Below are positions 24,633 through 37,752 of a stretch of DNA of 64,000 bases, in pieces. The translations under genes were made by a program, and so were the position numbers. The first letter of the stretch is position 1; each line of letters starts with the position of its first letter. The notes below the pieces were generated by a model, which searched no databases, was not told where the DNA came from, and saw only the letters and a list, made by a program, of their open reading frames with translations. This DNA comes from an uncultured Acidobacteriota bacterium (lineage in GTDB: Bacteria > Acidobacteriota > Vicinamibacteria > Vicinamibacterales > 2-12-FULL-66-21), in NCBI GenBank assembly GCA_963734695.1, contig CAVTIL010000022.1, positions 1,150 through 65,149 of the forward strand. The letters run 5' to 3'.

Positions 24633-24671
24633 GGTGAGGTGGCCGAGAGGCTGAAGGCGGCGGTTTGCTAA
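24633..24671 (+). tRNA. tRNA-Ser(GCT) 5' half (attachment-site remnant)
   Basis: GGTGAGGTGGCCGAGAGGCTGAAGGCGGCGGTTTGCTAA; preceded by TATACT at 24612-24617. Confidence 0.75.
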
Positions 24672-24689
24672 GGCTGCCGGGGATCACAG

Positions 24690-24726
24690 AACGGGCCTGA
24701 AATCGATGATTTCAGGCCCGTTTTTT
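24690..24726 (+). terminator. Intrinsic terminator
   Basis: AACGGGCCTGAAATC-GAT-GATTTCAGGCCCGTT perfect stem running into a T-tract. Confidence 0.7.
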
Positions 24727-25227
24727 ACTTGGGACCTTAGGTGCCCTTGGTTGCCGATTGATGGGCCTCGGATCGAGTTTGGGCACACTGGCAGGCACAC
24801 TCGAGCCGACGCCGACGTGTACCTAACAGGCACACGTTACGTTACGCTGAGAGCCGAGATGTCCCGAACCGATCGACGTCGCGAAAAGTCGGCCTTGTCC
24901 GCATCACGAGCGCGGCTGAAGGCCAAGACGATCGACGCGAGTGAGAGACGGTTTGGTCAATGCCGTTGATCGTGGCGAATGGGCAAGTGTGGCACGTCTT
25001 TCGGCCGCTCGATCTCGCTACGCCGGTATCGCAAGGGCGACGCGCCGCCGCCTTCGAGAACGTCGCAACGGGACTGACGGGGCTCGTGCGTCGCCACTGG
25101 TTGGCATCAAGATTCAACATCACACGCTTGTAACGGCCGGGTCCTGTTGCCCGAGGTCGTCCCCAGGACTCTCCGTCCGGGCGTTCGGAGAGATCACGAA
25201 TTACTCGCGCGATCGTCGTCGGCGTCG

Positions 25228-26665
25228 TCAGGCCATGCCCAGCTGCCGCTTCAACGCGGTGAGATCCAGCTCGAACACGTTCCGTCCACCCGCCTCATGC
25301 TGGCCATAGCTTGCAAACAGCGCCTCGAGGCGCTCACGACCAGACGCGCTCTTGGCGGCCTGTCGCGGCGTTCGGTTGCCCAGGGCCGGAATCTTCGTAT
25401 CGAGCCACGCTTGCCAGTGTTTCCGCGCCAATTCGGCCCCGAGGGCCTGGATCTCTGGCGACGATGGGGCCGTGTCTTGCGGCGGCGGGCTGGCGAATGA
25501 CCCCAGCGGCAGACGCGGACCGCCGCTCGAGCGCCTCGGCAATGTCGGTGACCGTTGTATCGACGAGCGTCGCCGCTGACCCGAAGTGCTTCGCGATCTC
25601 TTTCTCGATGCGTCGCCGACGCCGCGCGGAGTTGACTTCAACGACGAGTCGGGACTCGTGGACCCGCAGTGTCCCGAGCGTCGTGTTGTCCCAATCTTTC
25701 ATCTTTCGATTGCCCGCCTTGATCCACGTCAGGGTCGCGGCGCAGAGGACGCCGGTGGCGTCGTAAGCTTCGTCGGCGACGTGCGCCTCGTCGCGCAGCG
25801 TGGCGAGCGGTGTCAGCCGCCGGACGGCCTCCGCCACCGGAACCCCGAGCTCGTACGTCAACGTGGTCAGCTCGAGTGGGTCGCCGTCTGTGTTCTGCAT
25901 CACGGGGAGCTTGGGGTGCGTCAGGGCATTCACGATCTCGAGGTAGGCCTGCCGAATCTCCACGTCGTGGTCCAGCAGTTCCTCGCAGGTGAGCAGTCGC
26001 TTCGGACGGAACTTCTCCCGCATGTCGATGATGGGAATGTGCCATGACGCCGGAATGACCCATGGGCAGGCGCCGATCAGAATACTGGCGCCGCCGGCCG
26101 TGATCACCCTGGTGAACATCAGATCGCCGACCTTCAGTGTTTGAGACGCGCTCTGTTCCAGTACGTGAAAGCGCCGGCCCGTCAGCACGTCTTTGATGTC
26201 GAGCGCCCGGCCGGGCGCCACCGCCTCCACGACGAAGAAGCTCGCCGGGCTCTTGCACGCCTGTTCGATGAACTCGCGATGGAACTCCGGAGCGGACTCC
26301 ACTTCGTGATGCAGAAAGTGCAGGGCGACCGGCTCGGTCGGCCACCCGGCAGGCAGCTCGTCGGCGGCGGAATCCGGCACGAACGCGAACACGAAGAAGG
26401 GATCGAAGGTCGTCCCGAACTCCTTGGAGCCCGCAACGTCATCGGGGACGTCGTTCCACAGGAAGAACTCGTCCCACGCCTCGTCTAGGAACTCTTTACC
26501 GAATTCCCGGACGACGTAAGAGAAGAGTGCGGGTACGAGAACGCCTTCGGCTGACCGCAGCCTTATGCGCTGACTGTCTTCTTCGTTGTGGGCTCGAAGG
26601 CAGCAGCGCTTGAACTTGCGTCCGCTACCGCACGGGCACGATTCGTTGCGACCCGGTGAAACCAT
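25228..26665 (-). CDS. SEC-C motif protein with an MbcA/ParS/Xre-like C-terminal segment (frameshifted)
   Basis: GRNESCPCGSGRKFKRCC; NTDGDPL; EVNSARR; WLDTKIPALGNRTPRQA. Confidence 0.78.
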
Positions 26666-26679
26666 GGATGGGGGCGGCC

Positions 26680-27076
26680 TATCGACTTCTGCCTCGGCCT
26701 GGGTGAGCTGATGCACCCGCTGATGCGACAGTCCCAGGAGACGGGCTGCATCGCGCGCGCTCATCTTCAGTGTTCCGGTTCGCAAGACCCGGACGGCGCG
26801 TCGAGCCGCCCGGGCTGCACGTCGGTCTTCTTCATCGGCCTTCTTGCGAAGACTCGCGTAAGCCCGAATTGCCCTTGTCGCGGCAGTCGGCAGCTTCACG
26901 TCGTCCACAATGGTGGCCTTGCGGGCGTCGTTGACGAACAGCCCCAGCGCTTCTCGAATGCGGCGCCGAGCCTCGTCGACGGTGCGACCCTGCGTGTGGC
27001 AGCCGCGTACACCGCGTACGGTGGCCACCCACCAGCCTGATTCGTCTCGGTCGTAGGCTACGCGATAAGACTTCAC
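26680..27076 (-). CDS. hicB: HicB-family antitoxin
   Basis: YDRDESGWWVA..GCHTQGRTVDEARRRIREAL, then a C-terminal HTH (RDAARLLGLSHQRVHQL). Confidence 0.85.
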
Positions 27077-27278
27077 GGCTTCTTCAACCATCCCTTTCCG
27101 AGCACGGTTCCAGGTCGCGCTCGATACGGCGCAACAGACCGGGCCCGATGTCTTCACCCGCATGAACCGGTACGGTCGTCACACACCGGCCGCATTCGAT
27201 GCGCAGATGCGAGCCTCGTTGCCGGCTCTCGACGCAACCGAAGGACCTCAGGATGCGCCGAAGGTCCTTCGCCGTCAC
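27073..27278 (-). CDS. hicA: HicA-family toxin
   Basis: RQRGSHLR..TTVPVH..DIGPGLLRRIERD. Confidence 0.85.
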
Positions 27279-27368
27279 GGAATCAGGATAGCCGATGGCT
27301 GCAGGATACGTCTAGGGCGATAGACAGACAGAGAGTCATGTCGTCTAGCGCGCGATCGATGTCCAGCC

Positions 27369-27752
27369 TTATCCCATCCGGCTGGTGAACTGGTTCATGT
27401 CGAAATAGTCGCGCCAGGCGTTGATCTTGCCGTCACTGACCTCGAAGGTCCCCATGACCGGCAGCTCGAACGACTTGTCAGGGAGCTTGAAGACGTCCAC
27501 CCGCTCGGTCATCACGACCGGACCATTGGCTGCGATGTTGATGACGCGGAACTCGATGCCCTCGATGCCTGGCGCGCCAGGGCGGATGAACGAGGCGATC
27601 GTGTTCGCGATGGCCTCCCTGCCGGTGACCGGCGCCAGCGGGATGTTGTGGTAGACGGCGTCGTCAGTGAAAAATGCGGCCAGCTCGGCGGCCCCGATAT
27701 TGTCGGACCACGCCGCGCAGAACCTGCGCACTACCTCGATCGGGCTCTCCAT
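27369..27752 (-). CDS. Limonene-1,2-epoxide hydrolase family protein
   Basis: DAVYHNIP, VMTERVD, LPVMGTFEV, WRDYFD. Confidence 0.88.
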   Translation of the reverse strand: MESPIEVVRRFCAAWSDNIGAAELAAFFTDDAVYHNIPLAPVTGREAIANTIASFIRPGAPGIEGIEFRVINIAANGPVVMTERVDVFKLPDKSFELPVMGTFEVSDGKINAWRDYFDMNQFTSRMG

Positions 27753-27884
27753 CTCGGCTCCTCCTGCGGTCGATCTTGTGGCACTCCGCCGAACACCTAT
27801 CAACGCCAGCCCAACCGACTGCGGCGGCCGCAAGCATGAGACGTACGGCGCGAAGAAGTTCCTTCGCGTTCATGGTCGTCGTCA

Positions 27885-28636
27885 TCAATCGTCGCGACGC
27901 CCGGACTGCAGCCGCGGGAACAGGTCTGACGCGTTGCGGCCGAGAACGGCGCCTCGTTCAGCATGTCGCGAAGCGTGCCGCAAGATAGGGGATCGACCCT
28001 CCGGCGTGAGAGAAGATGTATTTCACGCTCGGTGTGCGCACAAACCCGTTCGTGTAGTGCATCTGGGCGACCGCGCGATTCGTGTCCGTCGGAAAGTCCA
28101 GCAGATTGTCGGGTAGTCTCAACGAGTGCGCCGCGGCATCTGGCGAAGGATCGGGGTGCACGAAGACGACGGTTTCGCGACGTTCCAGCTCTTCGAAGAC
28201 CGGCTCCAACACGGCATCGCCCAGGTACACGCCGTTGGCGTTCGTGAACAGCACGACCCCATCGAGCTTGAGCACATCGAACGCGTACGCCAGCTCACTC
28301 AGCGACGCATCGATGTCGGGCAGCGGGAGGCAGGCGAGACTCGCAAACCGATTGGCCGCAACGCGCTGGAGTTCGGCCGCGAATTCATTGCAGCGGCGCG
28401 CCAACGCCCGAGCTTGACGCTGTCTCCAGGGTGCACGCCTGGCGGTACTCACCGACACGACGGCAACGTCGATGCCGGCGTCATCCATGAACGAGAGGCT
28501 TGCTTCCTGGGACCACCGAAGCGGCGCAAGCCCTCCGACGGGAGCATGCGCGTTCTCCGTCTCCTGCCAGAAGAAGTCGGGCAATCATGTGGTGATGGGT
28601 GTCGATCGTCAAGACTGTCCTTCGATTGCCGGTCAT
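27885..28636 (-). pseudogene. Amidohydrolase_2 (aromatic acid decarboxylase-like), internally deleted
   Basis: IDTHHH, VFVHP, SHAGGSIPYLAARF, then an abrupt jump to the C-terminal GRNASDLFPRL. Confidence 0.7.
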
Positions 28637-28652
28637 GGCGGATTCCCTGTTG

Positions 28653-30223
28653 TCAGCCGAGAATCAGCGTGGCGGCGCGGCCCGCAATCATGTGGGTCGA
28701 CGCGTTTGTCCCCGGCCCCGTAATGATCCGTGGCATCACGGAGGCGTCCGCCACGCGTAAACCCAAAATGCCGTGCACGCGAAGCTCTGGGTCGACAACA
28801 GCGAGCTTGTCCACGCCCATTTTGCACGTGCCAACTGCGTGTCCAAAACTCGCCGAGGCAAGTCGGGCAAGTTCCCGGATCTCCTCGGCGCTCGCCTTGG
28901 GCCCTGGAATGAGTTCGCTCTCGCGCAAACTGTCGAAGGCATGCTGATTTCCGAGTTCACGCGCGGCTTCGATGGCGCGCACGATGGCCGCAAAATCGTG
29001 ATCCGTGCCGAGATAGTTGCCATCGATCACGGCGGCATCCTGAAAGTTGTTGCTGGCCAGACGGACGGAACCTCTGCTGGTGGGCTGCACAAGAGCTGGC
29101 GCGATTGTGAACGCGTCCGGTGGAGGAGTTCCAAAGCGCGAGGCTACTTCGGGCGTAACCACTGGTAGTTGATGAAGCACAAGACTGATGTCTGTGTCAC
29201 CCGAAGGACCGCTCGACAAGTACGCCTCTGCCTCGACGGCGTTGCTGTCGGCCGGCCGATCCGGCATCTTGCCTTTGTACTTGAACACGACGCCGGACAC
29301 GAGCACATGGTCCTGCAGATTCTCGCCAACGCCGGGCAGGTTCTCGACGACGTCGATTCCAAGGCTGCGAAGCGCCTTCGCTTCCCCGACGCCTGAGAGC
29401 ATCAGAAGCTTCGGGCTATTGATGGCGCCCGCGGCAAGGATCACTTCCTTGTCGGCCGCGATATCCTTTACGGCGCCGTCTGTCATTAGCTTGACGCCCA
29501 CGCAACGAGTACCTTTGAAGTTCAGTTTCACGACGTTGGTGTTGAGCAGCAGCGTGAGGTTCGGCCTCGACAACGCTGGGCGCAGGAAGGCGCGAACGGC
29601 GCTCACGCGAGTCCCATCCGCGGCGATGTTCATGTTGATGTAGCCGGCGCCGGGGCGCATCGGTCCGTTCACGTCATCCAGAATGGGCATGCCCATCTCG
29701 CGAGCTGCGTCGATGAAGGCTGGCGCTGTGGGATGAGGATCCTTTGGGCGGCGGATGTGTATGGGGCCGCCGGCTCCGCGCCATTCATTGGCGCCGCCCT
29801 CCCAATCCTCCTGACTCTTGAAGACCGGAAGCACGTCGGCGAAGGCCCAACCCTTGGCTCCGTTCTTCGCCCACCCGTCGTAGTCCCGTTGCATGCCGCG
29901 CATCCACACCATGGCATTGATGCTGCTGCCGCCACCAAGTACGTGGCCGAGGGCCATATTGAATTTGCGATTGTTCAATCGCGGCGAGGGGGTGACGGGC
30001 AGGTGGTAGTCGAGCGGGCCGCCGACGTTGTAAAACCAGACGCTCGGGTTCGCGATGGTCGGCGCGTCGTCGGGTCCTCCCGACTCGATGACGAGTACTT
30101 GCGCGCCGGACGCGGACAATTCCGCGGCAAGAACCGAACCGGCCGCGCCCGCTCCCACGACGATGAAGTCGTACCGACCCTGAAGCGAAGCCGGGCGTCG
30201 GCTTGATTCGATGTGTCGATCAT
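28653..30223 (-). CDS. GMC oxidoreductase (choline dehydrogenase-like)
   Basis: YDFIVVGAGAAG, LGGGSSINAM, GENLQDH, HAVGTCKMG, RVADASVMP. Confidence 0.92.
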
Positions 30224-30259
30224 GTTGCGCCCTCACGTCCACATTCTGGCTTCGCCGAA

Positions 30260-30590
30260 GGTCCTGTTGGAAGGTCGCGAATGAAATGGTGGAACCGGTT
30301 TCACGCGCGAGCACTTCAGCGATCTCGGTTCGGCGGCGCCTGACGATCTCGGCCGCCTTCAGGAACAGGCGGGCTTTCTCGTCCGGCGCGCTGCCGGACC
30401 ATCCGGCGAACGCCTTTGATGCGGCATCCACGGCGAGGCGCGCATCCGCGCGAGAGCCTGCCGCGACACGGGCAAACAGTTTTCCGTTGTAAGGCTCGTG
30501 GACCTCGAAGAGGTGCGTGTCGTCGGCGTGTCGCCGCTGGTTGTCAGCGAAATAGCCGTACTCTTCGACATCGACTTGCGGGACGGTCAT
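30260..30590 (-). pseudogene. Aldehyde dehydrogenase N-terminal fragment
   Basis: FEVHEPYNG..AVDAASKAF..W..LFLKAA..LARETG, then truncated. Confidence 0.7.
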
Positions 30591-30671
30591 GGATGGATCT
30601 CCCGTCAGCATCGTCCTGAAAAGCCGACTTCGACCGGTGGGCATGGGACCGTCTGTTCAGTGGTCGCGGGT

Positions 30672-31239
30672 CTACGCAGGCTTCGCCACCACCTGCGAAT
30701 CGATCGAGATCTTCACTTCGTCGCCAACGACGACGCCGCCGGTCTCGAGCAACTGATTCCAGCCCAGACCAAAGTCCTTGCGACTGAGCTTTCCGGTTGC
30801 ACTGAAACCGGCGCGGTTGTTCCCGTACGGATCCTTGGCGAGTGCCCTCGAGCGTCACCTCGAGAGCGACTTCCTTCGTGACACCGTGTAGCGTCAGATC
30901 GCCGATGAGCCGGTATTGGTTCGCGTCGCGCGACGCGTGCTCGACACGTCGGCTTCTGAAGGTCATCGTTGGATACTTGTCGACTTCGAAGAAGTCGAGC
31001 GATTTCAGGTGCGCGTCCCGCTGCGGCTCACGCGTGTCGACGCTCGCGACGCTGACGGTGGCCTCGACCTGAGCGCGCGAGAAGTCGTCGTCCGGAACGA
31101 TCACGGTGCCGGTGACGTCGCTGAAGCGACCGCGGACGGTCGCGATCATGAGGTGTTTCACCGCGAACTCGACATGTGTGTGCGCCGGATCAACCTGCCA
31201 CGTGGTCACGTTCCCGAGCGTTGCTGCCTGCGTCGTCAT
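30672..31239 (-). CDS. YceI family protein (frameshifted)
   Basis: WQVDPAHTHVEF, RDAHLKS.DFF, GDLTLHGVTK. Confidence 0.9.
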
Positions 31240-31305
31240 CTCATCGCCTCCGCGTTCCAGTGCACACCGCCGGTTTCAGCACGAATCCTGATGTGTATGC
31301 CCGTG

Positions 31306-31320
31306 GCAATTGCCGGTCCA
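31306..31320 (-). promoter_or_regulatory. Sigma54 -24/-12 promoter of the yceI operon
   Basis: TGGACCGGCAATTGC (GG-N10-GC). Confidence 0.6.
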
Positions 31321-31363
31321 TCGTAAGATGTTGAATCTAAAGGCTTCGCGGCCATCGTGGTGG

Positions 31364-31384
31364 CGAGATTTCGCCAGTGGCGAA
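31364..31384. promoter_or_regulatory. Palindromic upstream activator site, copy 1
   Basis: CGAGATTTCGCCAGTGGCGAA, identical to 35450-35470. Confidence 0.65.
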
Positions 31385-31416
31385 ATACTGGACAGATCCG
31401 GCGGAGAGAGGCGGGC

Positions 31417-34377
<2,961 letters not shown>

Positions 34378-34402
34378 CCATTCGGCGCCTCGCTCAGGCC
34401 TT

Positions 34403-35350
34403 TCAGGTCGCAGAGTCGCGTGCACCGTCCTGGAGCCTCGGACGCAGAAACCCGCCGATGGCATCCAACGCCTGCGCGGATGCCTTCAGACGACCGATGC
34501 CGGCAACGAAGCCGTGCGGCATGCCCATCCAGATGTCGAGGTGCGCGTCACCACCTGCCGCCACCATCCGCTCGATGTAGCGCCGCGAGTCGTCGAGCAG
34601 CACCTCGTCGTCGCCGACATGAATCCGAACGGGCGGTAAGCCGTCAAGTCGGCTGCGCAGTGGCGACGCCAGGGGATTGCTCGCGTCGGCCGTCTGCAGA
34701 TAGGAGCTCACGAGCTCGGCGACTTGCGGCTTCGTAAAGTAGTGATCCGCGTCCGCACGTGTCTCATAGGTGGCGCTCGAGAGTGTCACGTCGGTGATCG
34801 GCGACAACGCGACCACGCCAACGAGAGACGCGTTGGTGAACACGTCGTCGCTGACACAGGACGCGAGGACGAGCGCGAGGTTCCCTCCGGCGGAATCGCC
34901 TGTCACCGCAACGCGGCGTATACCCCGACCGACGAGGCCTCGGTACACCGTTGCCGTATCGTCGACGGCCGCAGGAAACGGATGCTCGGGCGCGAGCCGA
35001 TAGTCCGGCACGAACGCTTGTGCCCCAACCCTCGCGGCGATCTGCGCTACAAAGTGACGGTACACCGTCGCGCTGCCTGCATGAAACCAGCCTCCGTGCA
35101 GATGCAGAAACGCCTCCTCGGATCGACGGGCGGGAGGGCGCACCCAAAGACCCGTGACACCCGCAACGGTATCGGACTCGAAGACCACGTCCCGAACAGG
35201 CGGCACACGCTCCATCAGCGCGTCGAGCGACGCGCGCGCCTCGACGTTCCAGCGCAAGCCCTTCGCCGTACGCGCAGCGGCACGGCCCGCTTCGACTGAC
35301 GACGCGTCTTCGGGGTCGAGGGGATGTATCGTGACGGCTGTCCTCGGCAT
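34403..35350 (-). CDS. HSL-family alpha/beta hydrolase (esterase)
   Basis: HGGWF, DYRLAPEHPFP, GDSAGG, GMPHGF. Confidence 0.9.
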   Translation of the reverse strand: MPRTAVTIHPLDPEDASSVEAGRAAARTAKGLRWNVEARASLDALMERVPPVRDVVFESDTVAGVTGLWVRPPARRSEEAFLHLHGGWFHAGSATVYRHFVAQIAARVGAQAFVPDYRLAPEHPFPAAVDDTATVYRGLVGRGIRRVAVTGDSAGGNLALVLASCVSDDVFTNASLVGVVALSPITDVTLSSATYETRADADHYFTKPQVAELVSSYLQTADASNPLASPLRSRLDGLPPVRIHVGDDEVLLDDSRRYIERMVAAGGDAHLDIWMGMPHGFVAGIGRLKASAQALDAIGGFLRPRLQDGARDSAT

Positions 35351-35387
35351 GTCACCGCCTCCGCCGTGTTCCATGTAGTCATCCTGA

Positions 35388-35403
35388 GGCAATTTCCGGG
35401 CCG
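35388..35403 (-). promoter_or_regulatory. Sigma54 promoter of the esterase gene
   Basis: CGGCCCGGAAATTGCC (GG-N10-GC). Confidence 0.55.
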
Positions 35404-35449
35404 TCTGTAATTCGTGCAATCTCAGGAACGCTGCGTTATTGCGTGATGT

Positions 35450-35470
35450 CGAGATTTCGCCAGTGGCGAA
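35450..35470. promoter_or_regulatory. Palindromic upstream activator site, copy 2
   Basis: 21-bp identity to 31364-31384. Confidence 0.65.
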
Positions 35471-35635
35471 CTCTTGAACACTATTGACGTCTCGCTCGAA
35501 CACCTCGCCTCCTCTCTTCGCGTCCCTCCGATCGAATAGGTCCGAGGCGCAGCACGTGGGATTCGTAGGTCGCCAACCGTCTGCGAGCGAGCTCGTGGGC
35601 GAGATCCAGGCCGGGTGACAGTCGTGCGCAAGAGC

Positions 35636-35651
35636 TGGCAACGGCCGTGCA
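35636..35651 (+). promoter_or_regulatory. Sigma54 promoter of the SnoaL-SDR operon
   Basis: TGGCAACGGCCGTGCA (GG-N10-GC). Confidence 0.5.
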
Positions 35652-35748
35652 GTCATCGAGCACGGAGAATCAACTCGTGATCGCAGGCACTACTGCACCG
35701 TCTGCGGCAGGGCTCGCAACCCGATCGGCAGAAAGGACGTGTACGTAG

Positions 35749-36180
35749 ATGAGCGCAAATGAAGCGGCGATTCGGAAGGCATACCAGGTGGCAGAACGCA
35801 AGGATGTTGACGGATGGATCCGGTGCTTCACAGAAACAGGTACGTTTACCGACGAATCGATCGGGGTCACGTATCGGGGCGAGGAACTCGGTCGCACGGT
35901 CGAAGTCTATGCAACGGCGTTTCCCGACATGCATCGAGAGTTGTTCCGATTCTACGAGGCTGGGGATACGGTGATCGTGGAGCTAGCACTCCAAGGAACC
36001 CACAAGGGACCATTGGCTCTACCAGCCGGCACGGTGCCAGCGACCGGAAAACGGATGGATGCTCCATGCTGCGACGTCTTCCGCCTCGTCGAAGGCAAGA
36101 TTCAATCATTCAATTGCTATCCCTCTGGCACGATCGTCCTGGCTCAGCTCGGGGTGTTTCCAAGTCAGGGTGGCGTTTGA
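35749..36180 (+). CDS. SnoaL-like ester cyclase
   Basis: AFPDMHREL, GTHKGPL..PATGK, GKIQSFNCY. Confidence 0.85.
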   Translation: MSANEAAIRKAYQVAERKDVDGWIRCFTETGTFTDESIGVTYRGEELGRTVEVYATAFPDMHRELFRFYEAGDTVIVELALQGTHKGPLALPAGTVPATGKRMDAPCCDVFRLVEGKIQSFNCYPSGTIVLAQLGVFPSQGGV

Positions 36181-36250
36181 AACACGCCGCCCCGTCTCTC
36201 CAAGTCGTCAGCAAGATCGAGAAAACCAGAGGCAAGGAGAGCATCGCTAG

Positions 36251-37014
36251 ATGTCTGGCAGACTCGCGGACAAGGTGTGCGTGATCACTGGGACGGGCGG
36301 GAGCGTGGGGCGTGCTGCGGCGCTCGGCCTTCGCTCGAGAAGGCGCCTCCGTTGTCGGCTGTGACGTGAACGTCGCCGCGGCAAAGGCGACAACCGCGAT
36401 GGTCGGAGCCGACGGTGGGACGATGGTGTCTCTACAGCCGTGTCGGCTTACCGAGCCGAGTGAGTGTCAGGCGCTGGTCGATCTGGCGGTGCACGCCCAC
36501 GGTCGGATCGACGTGCTGTTCAACAACGCCGCGATGGCGTACTTCAACTGGCTCGAAGACATCACGGACGAAGAGTGGCACCGCGATTTGCGCGAAGAGA
36601 TCGATCTCGTGTTCTATCTCACCCGCGCCGCTTGGCCGCATCTGAAAGCGAGCCACGGTGTGGTCGTGAACACCGCATCTCTGAACGGCCTCGTTGAGCT
36701 TCAAGTACCTCGGCTCGCTGGCACATACGACGGCTAAGGCGGGGATTATCGGCATGACTCGCCAGCTGGCGATGGAAGGACGAGACCCACGGCATTCGCG
36801 CGAACTCGATCTCCCCGGTTTGATCGAAACCAACCAGACGCGGGAGCAGCTGAAGGACCCCGAGTGGGCCGGCGCGATGCTCGGCAAGACGCTGCTGGGT
36901 CGCCTGGGTCGGCCCGAAGAGGTCGCGAACGTCGCGGTGTTCCTGGCCTCGGACGAGAGCTCGTACGTGACCGGCGTCGACATCGTCGTCGACGGCGGCA
37001 TGAAGGTGTGGTGA
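36251..37014 (+). CDS. SDR-family oxidoreductase (frameshifted)
   Basis: [39 protein letters not shown]. Confidence 0.88.
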
Positions 37015-37028
37015 ATCCGAGATGTGCA

Positions 37029-37463
37029 ATGAGTGCATTGAGTGACGACGAGAAGATCACGCTATTGCTGGAGTACTTCAGGTTGGCTGATCAAGGCAGC
37101 CCGGAGGTTCTTGAGCTATTTCACGAAGACGTGGAGCTCTACTTCCCGAAGTTCGGCTTCGGTGTCGGTCGGCAGGCGTTCGTCGAGTTCGTGGAGGGAT
37201 TTGAGGGCGCTCTCGAGTACAACCGGCATGACTACGACAAGCTGACGTTCATTTCGGCCGGGGATCACGTCGTCGTGGAGGGAACCTCACACGGAAAGCT
37301 GTCTGGACATGCATGGGTCGGCGGAAAGACGTCGGGTGGTCGCTTCTGCAACGTCTTCAAGTTTCGCGACGACCGAATTGCGAGCATCCACATCTACCTG
37401 GATCCCGATTACACGGGAGAGGATGCGCCACGATTCAGATGGGGTAGGAATCGCAGATGGTGA
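37029..37463 (+). CDS. SnoaL/NTF2-like protein
   Basis: GDHVVVEG, RFCNVFKFRDDRIASIHIYLDPD. Confidence 0.8.
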   Translation: MSALSDDEKITLLLEYFRLADQGSPEVLELFHEDVELYFPKFGFGVGRQAFVEFVEGFEGALEYNRHDYDKLTFISAGDHVVVEGTSHGKLSGHAWVGGKTSGGRFCNVFKFRDDRIASIHIYLDPDYTGEDAPRFRWGRNRRW

Positions 37464-37539
37464 CGCCGGGCAAGAGCATCGCCGATGGAAACAGCCAGTC
37501 GGTCCGTGGCATTAGTCGATATTGGCCAGGCCACATGGT

Positions 37540-37744
37540 CGATGACCGGATGCCCCGTCGCGCGCGCGTGCTTCGTCGCGTGACGGTTGGGCGAGTTGTC
37601 GCAGCAATGCGTGCCACCGCACTCCTGACAGGTACGGAGATGAACCCAGGTTCCGCCGATCTTGACGCACTCCTGGCACTCCCGTCGTTTTGGGTGCTTG
37701 ACGCTGGCAATGGCAGTGATGTGCACACAACTCTGATCGGACAT
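37540..37744 (-). pseudogene. UBP-type zinc-finger protein, C-terminally truncated
   Basis: CQEC..WVHLRTCQECG..CCDNSPNRHATKH..GHPVI, then divergent sequence. Confidence 0.7.
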
Positions 37745-37752
37745 GACATCCT

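Noticed and set aside
24858-25090. CopG-like antitoxin remnant (..VDRGEWASV..RYAGIARAT)
   Set aside because: Weak resemblance, frameshifted, no RHH part and no partner toxin.
28653-30644. Novel ALDH-GMC fusion protein (663-aa ORF)
   Set aside because: The GMC gene has its own SD and ATG at 30223 one indel away, and the ALDH part is only a short N-terminal stub.
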